Assembly (NCBI GenBank): GCA_963833985.1
Contig: CAWIAD010000002.1
Coordinates: forward strand, 6,048,001-6,112,000
DNA length: 64,000 bases
Source: an uncultured Planctomycetaceae bacterium
GTDB lineage: Bacteria > Planctomycetota > Planctomycetia > Isosphaerales > Isosphaeraceae
Direction of reading: 5' to 3'
Position 1 is the stretch's first letter, and each line of letters begins with the position of its first letter. The notes under the pieces were generated by a model. The model had not been told where the DNA came from, searched no databases, and was given only the letters and a program-made list of their open reading frames with translations. Of this stretch, positions 40,283 to 59,512 are shown piece by piece. Made by a program: the position numbers and the translations under genes.

Positions 40283-40936
40283 TCACCACACCCAGGTCAG
40301 CAGCCGATAGCGAACCTGGCGGACGTAATCGCCGTAGCCTTGCAGGTGGTTGCACAGGTAGCGATCCTCGAGGATCGTCCTGCGCAGGATGAGGAGCACG
40401 GCGGGCGCCGCGGGCACGAGCGACCACCAGGAACCGAGCATCAGTCCGGTTCCCAGGAACGAGAGGAGCATGCCGGCATAGCCAGGATGGCGCACATAAC
40501 GGTAAGGACCCCCGGAGACCAGGTGGTGTCCGCGTTCGTCCTGGATGCGAACCACCGGGGAGAAGAACCGATTGACGGCCATCGCGCGTGTGGCCAGTGC
40601 CAGACCGGACCCGAAGCACAGCAGGCCGGCAACATGAGGTATCACGCCGACGGTTCCGGACCATCCGAATCGACCCGCATCGAGTCCGGCGACGATCACC
40701 TGGGCGAGCAGGAACGGCGTGATGCGCCATCGCAGGCCGCGGTCCTGCCCGCCCGGGCCGGGGCGGAATCGCTCACGCAAGAGGCCAGGGTCGATGGTCC
40801 GTAGACCACGTGCCATGAATGCGGCGTGCAGGGTGAGGAGTGCCCAGAACCAGGGTAGGTCCAGCCGGCCCGCGGAGCCGAACAGGAGGGCTGCGAGCGA
40901 GCATTCCATGGCCATCAACCGGATCACAAGCGGCAT
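40283..40936 (-). CDS. Isoprenylcysteine carboxylmethyltransferase (ICMT/Ste14) family membrane protein
   Basis: NRFFSPVVRIQ, GPYRYVRHPGY, EDRYL...GY..Y...VRYRL. Confidence 0.88.
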   Translation of the reverse strand: MPLVIRLMAMECSLAALLFGSAGRLDLPWFWALLTLHAAFMARGLRTIDPGLLRERFRPGPGGQDRGLRWRITPFLLAQVIVAGLDAGRFGWSGTVGVIPHVAGLLCFGSGLALATRAMAVNRFFSPVVRIQDERGHHLVSGGPYRYVRHPGYAGMLLSFLGTGLMLGSWWSLVPAAPAVLLILRRTILEDRYLCNHLQGYGDYVRQVRYRLLTWVW

Positions 40937-40993
40937 GTTTCACGCAATCGAGTCTGCCGGAGCGCAAGGGCGTGGTGAGCCGGGTCGACACTC

Positions 40994-43513
40994 TTACCCT
41001 TTGAGTCTGCCGGCCCTTGCGAGGACACTGTCGATCGCTGTGATATCTACGGGTTTGGTCAGGTGGAAATCAAGCCCCGCCTGTTTCGACTCGCGCTTGT
41101 CATCCTCGCTCCCCCAGCCGGTCAGTGCGACGAGCACGGTTTCACGCAGGGCGAGTTCCTCCCGCATTCGCTTCGCCACTTCGTAGCCGTTCATTCCGGG
41201 GAGTCCAATATCCAGGAACACCACGTCGGGAAGGAACGGGCGAGCTAGTTCCAGGGCCTCCAGGCCGCTGTTCGCGGTCCGCACCTCGTGCCCGCGGATC
41301 TGGAGCATGGCCGAGAGGCTGTTGGCGCCGTCCACGTTATCATCGACGACGAGCACGCGGCGGGCCGGAATGCACGGATCCAGCGCCTCTGCGCTGGGGC
41401 CCGCGGCCGACTGGACGGAAGGGGACGCGGTCTCGGCGATGGGAAGGCGAAGAGTGAACGTGCTTCCCTTGCCCAGGCCCGGACTCTCCGCGGTGATGCT
41501 GCCGCCGTGGATCTCGATGAGCCGTTTCACGAGGGCCAGTCCGATGCCCAGCCCCCCTTGCGAGCGATCGAGGGTGCGATTGATCTGGGTGAACATCTCG
41601 AAGACCTCGTCGAGCATCAGCGGTGGGATTCCCAGGCCGGTATCGCGGACTTGAATCCAGACCTCCGCGTTCTCGCAACCTGCAACCACTTCAATGGAGC
41701 CGTTCTGGGGCGTGTACTTCGCGGCGTTCGTGAGCAGGTTGGTGATCACCTGAGAAAGCCGGGTCGGGTCGGCGAGCAGCCAGACGGGTTCCCGAGGCAA
41801 AGTCGTGCTCAGCCGGTGCCCGGCTGCTTCGATCATGGGGCGAGCCGCCTCCAGGGCCGTGTCGGCGACGGCTTGAAGCGTCACCAGTTCCTTCTGGATG
41901 TTGACCTTGCCGGTCGTGATCCTCGAAACGTCCAGCAGATCGTCGATGAGCCGGACCATGTGGGAGAGCTGGCGTTCCATCATCTCCTGAGTTCGTGCGT
42001 TCATGGCACGATCTTGTGTGGCCTTGAGCAGATGAAGCCCGGTCCGGATGGGCGCCAGGGGATTTCGCAGCTCGTGCGCCAGTGTGGCCAGGAACTCGTC
42101 CTTCCGCCGATCAGCATGTTGTAGCGCCTCTTCGGCACGCTTCCGCTCGGTGACATCCTGAGTGACCGAGAGCACGAGCTCGATGGCGCCTGCGGCGTTG
42201 CACTCCGGCACCAGCCGGGTCGCGTACAAACGTTGGCCCGATGGGCCCTGATATGCGAACTCGAAGGATCGAGGTTCTCTGGTTGCAAACACGGACCGGA
42301 TTGCTGGCTCCCAGGCATCACAGAGCTCCGCCGGCATTCCCGCGGCACGCATCGTGCGGTGGAGCAGCCGGTCGCGCGGTTGGCCGGTCGCCTTCTCGAA
42401 GGCCGAGTTCAGGAACACGGACCGCAGTTCGCGGTCAAAACGGATCAAGACGTCCGGCGAGCTGTCCGCCAGGGTGCGCAGCTCCCGCTCGCGTTGCTGC
42501 AATGCTTGCTGTGCCGTCCGCCGTTCGGTGATGTCCGTGATTGTCCCCGTGATCGAGGCCGGCTGTCCGGTGGAATCCACCTGGACCAGGCCGAGGATGG
42601 TCACCCAGCGCACACTGCCGTCGCCGCGAACGATGCGGAACTCCGAGGCCAGCGCGTCGGTCCCGTGCATGGCGGCGTCGAGGGCCCTGTCCAGGCGATC
42701 CCGGTCATCGGCGTGGACAAGCTGCTTGAATGCGTCGAGCGTGGACTGGGAGCTTTCCAGTTCCAGGGCGTGAATGTCGTGGCTCTCCTCGGACCAGGTC
42801 AAGCGGGCCGTTGCGAACTCCCAGAACCAGACCCCGGTTCGGCCCGCCTGCAAGGCGAGCCGTAGCCGTTGCTCGCTGGCGCTCAGCGCGGCGTTGCTCC
42901 GGACAAGCTCGGCCGTGCGTTCGGCGACGCGCTGCTCCAGTTCATCGTTGAGTTGCCGAAGTTGCTCCTCAGCGCGGCGGCGCACGGTGATTTCCTCCAT
43001 CAGCGCGTGGTTGGCCTGCGCGCTCTCGCGGTTCTTGCGGTACAGCTCGGCGAACACGGCGACCTTGGAGCGGAGGATCGCCGGGTTGATTGGCTTGTGC
43101 AGGTAGTCCACGGCACCTGAGCCGTACCCCTCCAGCACGTAACGGTCTTCGTTGTAGTAGGCGGTGAGGAAGATGATCGGCACATCCGCAGTCTTCTTGC
43201 GCTGCTTGATCATCTGGGCCAGCTCGAAGCCGGTCATGCCAGGCATCTGGATGTCGATGATCAGCAGGGCGAACTCCTCGAGAACCAGCGCCAGCAGGGC
43301 GTCTTCCGCGGACGCGGCCCGGACGAGGCGATACCCCGATCCCTCCAGGACGCTCTCCAGGACAGTCAGGTTCCTGGGCTCATCGTCCACGAGCAAGATG
43401 TTGATCGACCCGTCATCGGCAGAAGCCTCCGCGGAGAGCGCCCCACGGTCTGGCGTTTTCTCCGTGGTGATCGTGCCGCTTGCCTCGGACGATGTGTATT
43501 TCATAGTGCTCAT
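40994..43513 (-). CDS. Hybrid kinase: receiver-PAS-PAS-HisKA-HATPase-receiver
   Basis: N-terminal ILLVDDEPRNL receiver, FLATLAHELRNPL, C-terminal FLDIGLPGMNG. Confidence 0.9.
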   Translation of the reverse strand: MSTMKYTSSEASGTITTEKTPDRGALSAEASADDGSINILLVDDEPRNLTVLESVLEGSGYRLVRAASAEDALLALVLEEFALLIIDIQMPGMTGFELAQMIKQRKKTADVPIIFLTAYYNEDRYVLEGYGSGAVDYLHKPINPAILRSKVAVFAELYRKNRESAQANHALMEEITVRRRAEEQLRQLNDELEQRVAERTAELVRSNAALSASEQRLRLALQAGRTGVWFWEFATARLTWSEESHDIHALELESSQSTLDAFKQLVHADDRDRLDRALDAAMHGTDALASEFRIVRGDGSVRWVTILGLVQVDSTGQPASITGTITDITERRTAQQALQQRERELRTLADSSPDVLIRFDRELRSVFLNSAFEKATGQPRDRLLHRTMRAAGMPAELCDAWEPAIRSVFATREPRSFEFAYQGPSGQRLYATRLVPECNAAGAIELVLSVTQDVTERKRAEEALQHADRRKDEFLATLAHELRNPLAPIRTGLHLLKATQDRAMNARTQEMMERQLSHMVRLIDDLLDVSRITTGKVNIQKELVTLQAVADTALEAARPMIEAAGHRLSTTLPREPVWLLADPTRLSQVITNLLTNAAKYTPQNGSIEVVAGCENAEVWIQVRDTGLGIPPLMLDEVFEMFTQINRTLDRSQGGLGIGLALVKRLIEIHGGSITAESPGLGKGSTFTLRLPIAETASPSVQSAAGPSAEALDPCIPARRVLVVDDNVDGANSLSAMLQIRGHEVRTANSGLEALELARPFLPDVVFLDIGLPGMNGYEVAKRMREELALRETVLVALTGWGSEDDKRESKQAGLDFHLTKPVDITAIDSVLARAGRLKG

Positions 43514-43545
43514 ATGCGTTTGGTGTCTCGAGACGTCCTTCTGTC

Positions 43546-50699
<7,154 letters not shown>

Positions 50700-51510
50700 G
50701 GTTCACTGCCCGGGTTGAAAGCCAGATGGATCAGGATCACCGGCGCCGGTAATGGCGATCCGCTCTCGCTTCGTCTCGCGAACGTCCTTCAGCCGCAGCA
50801 AGGAAATCCATCCCTCTGGCGGCTTCATCCGCCTCCGCAACGTCCGAATTGTTGTAGTAAAGTCCGCGAGGGGAGCACTCCCCGCAATGGCCGGACCAAT
50901 CCGTGCCAGCCAGCGAAGACATCTGGTTCACGCGTGGCATGATCTGTGGCCAAGCGCAGTCCTCTGCCGTGAGCCATGTGCCGGCAACGATTCTGGAGGG
51001 CGCAGACTCCCCCCCGCCCTCGACCGGCCCGGTGTGGCGGCCCCAGGATCAATCGTCATGACCAGGAGCTCGACCTCCAGCACTCCCCGAGCCGTGCTCG
51101 AGGCGGCCAGGGCAAACGTCTCCAACGAGAGTTGCCCGGGAAGTGCAACGCGTCTGGCGAAAAGATTAACGCGACTTCACAAACACGAATCACGAGTTAT
51201 CCTGCACATCATACTGGCCCAGGGCCGGTGCGTCGACTCACGGCACGCGGGGCCCTTTGGATTTTCCTGAAGCGGCTGCAATCCGCCGTGATTGCAAGAG
51301 CATGAGTCCTGCCGGGCCATGGACGATCGGGTAATGAGGTGAGCCCCCTGAGAGCCCTGGCAACAAGAGCGTGAACAGGATTCAAAGAGAAATGAGAGGT
51401 GGTCGGCCGGCGATTGTCTTTGATAGGCTTCACCGATCGGGCTCGCCATGGCGCCGGGCAGGCACAGCCCAGGAAGCTGGGAGCCGAAGATTCGGGGAGG
51501 AGCGCCGACC

Positions 51511-51906
51511 ATGAGTCAGACCGGGGTGTTCGAGCACGCCCTGCGGGTGGCGCCGGCGGACATTGACCAGCTTGGGCATGTGAATAACGTGGTCTACCTG
51601 CGGTACGCGCAAGATGCCGCGGTGGCCCACTGGTATTCCGTGGTGGACGGGGACCATCGCGACAGCATGGTCTGGGTAGTCCGGCGGCATGAGATCGATT
51701 ATCTGAAACCGGCCTTCGCCGCCGACGAGCTGGTGGCGCGAACCTGGGTGGGCGAGCCCGCCGGAGCGACGCTGGAACGCTTCGTCGAGATCCGCAGGTC
51801 GCGCGACGGCGAGCTGCTGGCCCGCGTGCGCACCGTCTGGGTGGCGCTCGACGGGCGAACACTCCGCCCGCGCCGCATCAGCGATCGGCTACGCGAACTC
51901 TTCTAG
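51511..51906 (+). CDS. Acyl-CoA thioesterase (4HBT/hotdog fold)
   Basis: DIDQLGHVNNVVYLRY; GGAGGAG RBS before ATG 51511. Confidence 0.9.
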   Translation: MSQTGVFEHALRVAPADIDQLGHVNNVVYLRYAQDAAVAHWYSVVDGDHRDSMVWVVRRHEIDYLKPAFAADELVARTWVGEPAGATLERFVEIRRSRDGELLARVRTVWVALDGRTLRPRRISDRLRELF

Positions 51907-51948
51907 AACGCGGGGCGCGCGCAGGACGTCGAGCCCGCGAACGATATC

Positions 51949-51973
51949 GCCGGGCCGGCTTGATCGGCCCGGC
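51949..51973. terminator. GC-rich hairpin between convergent genes
   Basis: GCCGGGCCG-N7-CGGCCCGGC perfect 9-bp stem; no strong U tract. Confidence 0.4.
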
Positions 51974-52043
51974 GGAGCGGTGCGGCAGGAGATTGCGCCG
52001 TCCGGGCCAGGGTTGGCACGGGGAACCGGCCCGGTTCTTGGCG

Positions 52044-52514
52044 TCAGTTCCCCGCCTTCTCCTTCTCCTTCTCCTTGGCTGCGGCCGCCTTCCTGGCTGC
52101 GGAAGCTGCCTTCTTCTGCTGTTCGGCCTCGGCGAGCGCCCGCTTCTGCGGCGCGGTCAGAACGGCCTCGAACTCCTTCTCACGGCGCGCCCGCAGATCG
52201 TCAACCTGCTTCTCGAGCGCCTGGATCTTCGGGTAATACTCGCCCTGGATCTTGTAGAGCTTTTCTTTCTGCGACTCCGAGAGGCCGAGCTTCGAGTACC
52301 CCGGCGGCACGCGGTGCGTCACATCCGGCGGCGCCGTCTTGGCCGTCTGCTTGCTGCTGGAGCTGGAGCCGGCGTCAGACTTCTTTGTCTTCGCCGCCTG
52401 AGACTTCGCGGTGCTGCTCTCCTGAGCACCCAGTGGAAGGACTCCGGTGGTCAGTAGCATCATCGCGCTGGCACTGGCAAGAACGGCGAGCGACCGGCGG
52501 GCAAGCAAGATCAT
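52044..52514 (-). CDS. Hypothetical exported helical protein (LTxxQ-like)
   Basis: Signal peptide; RVPPGYSKLGLSESQKEKLYKIQ...VLTAPQK. Confidence 0.7.
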   Translation of the reverse strand: MILLARRSLAVLASASAMMLLTTGVLPLGAQESSTAKSQAAKTKKSDAGSSSSSKQTAKTAPPDVTHRVPPGYSKLGLSESQKEKLYKIQGEYYPKIQALEKQVDDLRARREKEFEAVLTAPQKRALAEAEQQKKAASAARKAAAAKEKEKEKAGN

Positions 52515-53223
52515 GGACGTCGACCTTTCATGACCGAAAACCCATAACAGGCAACCAGTAAGTAAGCATCGATCATCGAGTCTACGCGCGGTTCGTGCGA
52601 GATTCCAGAGACCGCCTTGCCAGGTCACCGCGGTTTCACTTTCACCTCGGCAACAGGCGTCACAGAAGCGGCGCACTGTTTTGAACCATCGACCAGGTTG
52701 TCAAAGAGCATCGGCAAGGTGCCGTTGTATTCAGTCTACGACCGGACCGGCGGGCGCTTGCGAGATTCTCCGCGGTTTACTTTCCCTGTGCCGGCGCGGC
52801 CGGGTCCGTTCACCTCAGGTCATCCATGCGTCTGCTCTTCTGAGCGATCCCCTGTGACTCCTCAGGCGCCCCGGAGGGCAGTGATTTTCCTGGTGCCTGC
52901 GGAGGTCCGCGGAACGTCCGACACTTGTGGGGTGTGTCGAGCGCAGCGACGACGCACCGAACCAGGAACGGCGTGAAGGCTGAACTTCCAATCGATCACC
53001 GCGCGGATCGCCGGTCATGACGAATGCCCAGATGCGGGGACCGCCAGGGGAGATCCTGCTACCAGCTTCAAGAGAACAAGCAAAGCAGGTACTCCCTGGT
53101 TGACGTGGTCTTCCCGGAGGCTCAGCATGAACAGCACATCCCCTCCGGGCTGCTTCGGCGAGAAGCTGGTGGGCCTCGTCGATGATTCAGCCGGGGTCGG
53201 GTATCATCGCTCTCTTGAATGAC

Positions 53224-53802
53224 ATGAGTTCTTCATCAAGAGGCAACGAACAGGTTGATCCCGGGGACTCCGGGGCATTGCTGGCCCTGGTGTACGATGA
53301 GCTGCGCAAGCTGGCGGCCCATGCGCTGGCTCGCGAGAATCCTGGCCAGACGCTTCAGGCCACGGCTCTTGTGCACGAGGCGTACTTGCGGGTCGTGGGT
53401 GCTAACGAACCGGACTGGGAGAATCGGGGTCATTTTTTCGCCGCGGCCGCCGAGGCGATGAGGCGGATTCTCGTCGAGCAGGCGCGACGGAAGAAACGCA
53501 TCCGTCACGGCGGCGGGAAACACCGTGTCGCTCTGGAGGAGGCCTGTTCACTCATCGACCCGCCCAACGAAGAGATTCTCGAACTCGACGAGGCCCTGAC
53601 CCGGCTCGAGCAAATCAAGCCGGATCGTGCCAGGGTCGTCAAGCTGCGCTTCTTTGCGGGGTTGACCATGCCGCAGGTTGCTCAGACGCTGGGAATCTCG
53701 TTGCCGACCGCTGAGCGCTACTGGAAATTTGGTCGCACCTGGCTTTACGCCGAGCTTCAGGGTCATCATGCACTCAAAGGGAAAAATGATCATTCCGGCT
53801 GA
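53224..53802 (+). CDS. ECF-type sigma factor (planctomycete ECF/STK-associated type)
   Basis: LVYDELRKLA, TLQATALVHEAYLR, HFFAAAAEAMRRILV, VKLRFFAGL. Confidence 0.92.
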   Translation: MSSSSRGNEQVDPGDSGALLALVYDELRKLAAHALARENPGQTLQATALVHEAYLRVVGANEPDWENRGHFFAAAAEAMRRILVEQARRKKRIRHGGGKHRVALEEACSLIDPPNEEILELDEALTRLEQIKPDRARVVKLRFFAGLTMPQVAQTLGISLPTAERYWKFGRTWLYAELQGHHALKGKNDHSG

Positions 53803-53859
53803 TGGGATCAGGAGGCTCACGTCGCATTGTCTTCTGGAGTTCTTTCCAGGAGATTGACC

Positions 53860-56800
53860 ATGACCGACCTGTCCGCCGTCGAATCGATTTTCCACGCCGC
53901 CCTTGAACAGCCGACGGCCGAGGCCCGCGCCTCGTTTCTGGACGATGCCTGTCCCAACCCCGAGTTACGGGAACAGGTCGAGCGGCTGCTTGCCGCCCAC
54001 CCCCAGGTTGGCAGCTTCATGAACCACCACGTGGGGGAACACACCGAGGATTACGCTCCGGGGCTGGAACAGCCCGGCGTCCTGATCGGACCCTACAAGC
54101 TGATGGAGCAGATTGGCGAAGGGGGCATGGGGCTGGTGTTCGTGGCCGAACAACAGCAGCCCGTGCGTCGGAAGGTCGCGCTCAAGATCATCAAGCCGGG
54201 AATGGACTCGCGCGACGTGATCGCCCGCTTCGAGGCCGAGCGGCAGGCACTCGCGCTCATGGACCATCCCAATATCGCACGCGTCTTCGACGCGGGCACG
54301 ACCCAGAGCGGCCGGCCCTATTTCGTGATGGAGCTGGTCAAAGGGATACCGATCATCGAGTACTGCGACGGACAGCAACTCACGACTCGGGAGCGGCTCG
54401 ACCTTTTCCTGGCGGTCTGTCAGGCCGTGCAGCACGCGCACGGTAAGGGAATCATCCATCGCGACCTCAAGCCGTCGAATATCCTGGTTGCGCCTCATGA
54501 CGGCGAGCCGGTGGTCAAGGTGATCGATTTCGGCGTGGCCAAGGCGATCGGCCAGCAGTTGACCGATAAGACGATCTACACTCGCTTCGCCCAGATGATT
54601 GGCACGCCGCTCTACATGAGCCCCGAACAGGCCGAGGTCAACGCGCTCGATGTCGACATCCGCAGCGACGTCTACAGCCTGGGCGTGCTGCTCTATGAAC
54701 TGCTTACGGGCACCACGCCATTCGATAAGCAGCGTTTCGCGACCGCGGCTTACGACGAGATTCGCCGGATCATCAGGGAAGAAGAGCCTCCGCGGCCGAG
54801 CACGCGGTTGAGCACGCTGGGCGAGACCCTCACCAAGGTCTCGCCTCAGCGCAAGACCGAGCTGACCCGGCTTTCCGCCTTCATCAAGGGGGATCTCGAC
54901 TGGATCGTGATGAAGGCGCTCGAAAAGGACCGGCGCCGGCGCTATGAAACGGCGAGCGGCCTGGCAGCCGACGTGCGGCGATTCTTGAGCGAAGAGCCCA
55001 TCGAGGCGCGGCCACCATCAAACTGGTACAGGTTCCGGAAGCTGGCAAGGCGACACCAGGCTGCGTTGATCACGACGTCGATCGTCGCCACGGCGCTCAT
55101 CATTGGAACAGTCTTGAGCGCATGGCAGGCCCTGCGCCGACTCGGGCCGAGCGGACCGCGCAGGACGCACAACGGCACGCCGTCACCGAGCGCGACCAGG
55201 CCAACGCCCAGCGCCAGCAAGCCGATGAGGCAAGGAACCACCTGCGCCGCACGCTCTATGCCGCCGACATGGGGCTGGTTCAGGCCGCCTGGGAAGGGGG
55301 GCGTCATCGAGAGGTGACGCGTCTGCTCGAACGCCAGAAGGCCGAAAACCCAGACCTCATCGGCTTCGAGTGGGACTACTGGATGAGAAGATCCCACCAG
55401 GCGGCGAGGACGATTTCCTTGCCTCGGAGTACATTTACCTATTTCCCCGCCTTCAGCGGCGATGGCTCGCGGTTCGTCGCGATCTCCGGTCGGATCCCCG
55501 TCAAGCTGAAGGGCAAACCGCTGAATTACCAGGTTGAGAGCTGGAACGTGTGGGATGTGGCCAGCGGGCGAGTCGTTGCCACGGTCTCGTTGCCGGAGGG
55601 GGACGGAGAGTTCGCCATCCTCAACCAGGACGGATCGCGCCTGGCGATCGCCCTGAAGACCGAGGACGAGGCCTCCGGCAGTCACGAGCATTTCCTGATG
55701 GTGGTCGAGACGGCCACCGGCCGCAGGGTTGTGCGCCAGACGCTGAAGAACAATCTTTATCACGTTGAGTTCAGCGCGGACGGCCGGAGGCTCGGGGCGG
55801 TTGTCAGTCCTCACGCGGCGAAGGAGAAACACGGTCCCGGGAATGCGCTTCTCGTCTGGGACGCGGAGACAGGGGCCGAGATCCGGGCAATCCCGGGCAC
55901 GTTCCCGCGGGGAGGTCCGAGGTTTGCGTTCAGTCCCGACGGCAAACGCGTGGCGGCCACGATCCAGGCGGGCACCGATCCGGGCCTGAGGGACATCAAG
56001 CTCTGGGAGGTCGATTCCGGTCGCGAGATCGCCTCGTTTCCGACGGCCGGCCCGATCGACATGGCGGCGCTCTGCTTCAGTCCCGGCGGTGAGGCGCTGG
56101 CCGCTGTCGCGGTGTATCCCACCGGTGACGTCTTGCACGTCTGGGATGCTGGGACGGCGCGATCGCGCTTTTCCCTTCCGCTCGGGTCGCAGGGCCTGCT
56201 GACGCGGGCGGCCTTCAGCCCGGACGGCCGCCGGATCGCCTGCGTGCTCAACGGGCTTCAGCTCGGCGTCTGGGACGCCGCCAAGGGCAAGCAGATCGCA
56301 ATCTACCAGGATGACATCGGCGCGGCTGACTCGATCACGTTCGGCCGGAACGGTCGAGAACTGCTGGCGGCCGACCTCTACGGCACGGTGAAGATCTGGG
56401 ACGCCCCGGACGGTCCGGACGACCACTTGCTGGACACCGAGGGACGGGTCAGCAGCCTGGCCGTGAGTCCCGACGCGCGGTGGATCGCCGGTGTTGTGAG
56501 GCCGGAGGCCACCACGCCATGGGGTAATACGCCGGTCGTCAAGGTCTGGGACTCGAAGGGCCGATTCGTCCGTTCGTTCGGCCGTCCCGCACTGGCCAAT
56601 GACGGCGAGGTCCCGGTCGGATGGCTGAGCTGGAGCCCCTGCGGAGACCGCATCGCCTATGCCGCCAATCGAATGCAGTTCCGAAAAGGGGATACCCCGG
56701 GCCTGGGGGCGATCGACGGTGCCCTCACCGTCTGGGGACTCGATGGCAAGGAGCTTTTCCACATCAAAGGAAACGGCTGCGGTTTCGGCAGGCCCTCGCT

Positions 56801-57512
56801 TGACTCCGACGGCAAGCGCGTCGCGGCTCTGTGGTACCAGGAGGACGCGAGGTCCCTGACGATCGACCCCGGACGGAGCGATGCAAAGGTCTGGGACGTG
56901 GCGAGCGGGCAGGTCGTGACGAAAATCCCGCATTGCACGCACGCCGCTCTTGATCCCCAGGGCCGACGCCTCGTGGGCTTCGCGCAGGCACCCGATCAGT
57001 CCTGGCGGGCCTGCGTGTGGGATGTCGAGACGGGGGCGGAAATCACCCGGCTGGAAATACCCGATCCCGGGCTCGTCCCCGCAGCGACAAGCCTTGCGTT
57101 CAGCCCGGACGGTCTTGCGGTGGCGGCATCGATCGCGTTCCGCAACCCGAACAGGAGCGGCGATGCGTCTCGAGACGTCCTCATGGTCTGGGACCTTGCT
57201 TCCGGCAAGCTCAGGCAATTGATCCGCGGCCAGTTCGGCACCGTCGCCTTCTGCCCCGACGGCTCCCGGATCGCTGGCGTGTACGGCTCGAGCGCGGCCG
57301 AGGTCGGGCTCTGGGATGCCGCGACAGGGCGGCAGGTGCTCGCGCTCAAGGGGCACGGCCTGAACTCGAATTCCATGTACAGCGGAATCGCCTTCTCTCC
57401 GGATGGGCACCAGATCGTCTCGGCGGTCCCGCGGAGTGTCCTGGCCAACAGCGTCAGCAAACAGGCCGAAATCAAGCTCTGGGACGCTGCCCCGTGGACG
57501 GGGACGCCCTGA
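53860..57512 (+). CDS. Ser/Thr protein kinase with WD40 repeats; frameshift near 55135
   Basis: IGEGGMGLV, VALKIIK, HRDLKPSN, DFG, GTPLYMSPEQ; the 3' ORF has many AFSPDG...WD repeats. Confidence 0.92.
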
Positions 57513-57677
57513 CCAGCGCGAGAGGCCCGCGGGGTCCGGGGCCCTTGGGGTCAGTCAGACACGGGGCGGCGTCGGCTTCCAGGGGCCTCCGCGGAAACAC
57601 CGAGGGGCTGCCTTCGTGCCCTGCCTCCGCGCTGGCCCGCCACCCGCGAGCAAGTGGCCCGCGTGATCCGGACCGGG

Positions 57678-59055
57678 TTACTTCCTGGTTGCGGACTGAA
57701 TGCGATCGCCCTGGAGGAAGGTGTATTCGGCATCAGTCAGGGCCACATCGCCGCGGCGGCACTTGACGTTGGTGAAATAGGGAGTGATGCCGGCGCCGTC
57801 CTGAAGGATGGCGTTATCCTGCAAATGAAAATGAAGGTGGGGCTCGCTGGAGTTGCCGCTGTTGCCGCAAAGGGCGAGCACCTGGCCCTTGCGAACCTTG
57901 TCGCCGCGGTGGACGTGCAGGGAGCCGGGCTTGAGATGCGCGTAGACGGCGTACTCGTGGGAGCCCTGGTCAATGATCAGGCAGTTTCCGACGGCGCACA
58001 AAGGGTTCATGGAGCCTGGCTCGTTATCGGGGACGCCGTCGATCGCGGTGACGACGGTGCCGGGTGCGGCGGCCAGGATTTCCTTCCCGTAAACGAAATA
58101 ATCTTCGTTGCGGCGACCGGTACCCCTTGTAAGAGCGGCCGTCGGTACCATTGATAATGAGATCGGCGGCGCGTTGCTGGCCACGAACGGAGGCGTGGTT
58201 GTTGACCTTTTCGTTGTCGCCGCCCCCAAAGACGTACCACTCGCCTCGAAACGGAAGCTGCATGGGGGTGCGGCTGCGCCGGACGGCCGTCGAGCCGGCC
58301 GCCGGACCAGAACCGGGCGGGGTCACGGAGAGACCGGAAATCTTGTCGGACGCGTCGAGGGTGATCTTGAAGTCCCAGGCTCCGCGCTCGGCGGTCACTC
58401 GCACGATGGCGGTGGGGCCGGTGACTTGTGGGCGCCGGCTTCCTTCAGCTTGCCCTTGGCGGTCACCAGTCCGCGGAAAAAGGGCGTGGCCTTGTCGGGC
58501 GGAAAGACCTGCCGCATCTGAGCGTCGAAGCTTGCCTGGATGGCCGCCGAATCGTTGCGATTGATCGCCTGAATGAGTTTGTTGGCCACCTTGGTGAAGC
58601 GCTGGGCGGAAGCAGACGCGGACCCGGACGCAGCCGCAGACCCGGACGCGGGCGCAGCAGGCGCAGCCCGGCCGCGGCGCCGCAGCAGCGGCATCTGTGA
58701 TGAGCAGTCCGGCGATCTTGCCCGAGGGATTCAGGGTGATCTTGAAGTCCCAGGCTCCGCGCTCGGCCGTCACTCGCACCATGGCGGTGGGACCGGTGAC
58801 TTGTGGTGCGCCGGCTTCCATCAGCTTGCCTCTGGCGGCCACCACTGCGCGGAAAAAGGGAGTGGCCTTGTCGGGCGGAAAGACCCGCTGCATCTGCGCG
58901 TCGAAGCTGGCCTGGATCGCGGACGAGTCCTCTCTGTTGATGGCCTGGATCAGTTTCTTCGCGGTTTCGAGGAAGCGGTCGTCGTCGTTGATTTCGCCGC
59001 GGAGAGTGGCAGCCAGTGAGCAGAGCAACAAGCCAGAGAACGCGACGAGTCGCAT
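57678..59055 (-). CDS. M23-family peptidase with two tandem N-terminal DUF3887-like domains (several frameshifts)
   Basis: Signal peptide MRLVAFSGLLLCSLAA; duplicated AIQASFDAQM..VFPPDKATPFFR..V.A.GKL.EAGA..VTGPTA.VRVTAERGAWDFKITL; M23 motifs YAHLKPGS and GNSGNSSEPHLHF. Confidence 0.8.
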
Positions 59056-59220
59056 GAAAGGGCTCCCTGTCGGTTTGCAGCCGAAATGTGGAGGCTCGAA
59101 TGCATTCGCGTGAGTGTACCGACAGACCTTCATGACCGACAGAGACTGGAATTCCACGGCTGCATTGCCTGTCCGCTTTTTTTCTTGTTTTCCCAGTGGG
59201 ATGGTGCGTCGTCGCTGTGC

Positions 59221-59356
59221 TTGATCATCTTGAGCGCCTTGAGCGCCTTGAGCGCCTTGGTCGATCTTGATCATCTTGATCATCTTGATCATCTTGAGCG
59301 CCTTGAGCGCCTTGAGCGCCTTGAGCGCCTTGAGCGCCTTGAGCGCCTTGAGCGCT
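59221..59356 (+). repeat. Compound 9-bp minisatellite, left array (15 units)
   Basis: TTGATCATC x1, TTGAGCGCC x3, TTGGTCGATC x1, TTGATCATC x3, TTGAGCGCC x7 (last unit imperfect). Confidence 0.95.
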
Positions 59357-59512
59357 GACAGCCCAGGGGAGGACGGACCTGGACCCCTTGGTTCCAGACG
59401 CAATCCCACGAACGGGAATACTGCCTAAATATATCCCATATACGGGATAGTTCCTGGGGGGAGGCAATACCCTTGAAATGGCCACAAGTTGAGTGCAGGC
59501 AGAGGTTTGTCC

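Noticed and set aside
50700..51500. Coding or ncRNA content in the long intergenic region
   Set aside because: Only low-complexity short ORFs and no recognisable RNA motif.
59056..59409. N-terminal extension ALKALKALK/MIKMIK of ORF 58024..59409 as real protein
   Set aside because: It is the translation of the minisatellite; a signal peptide starts at ATG 59055.
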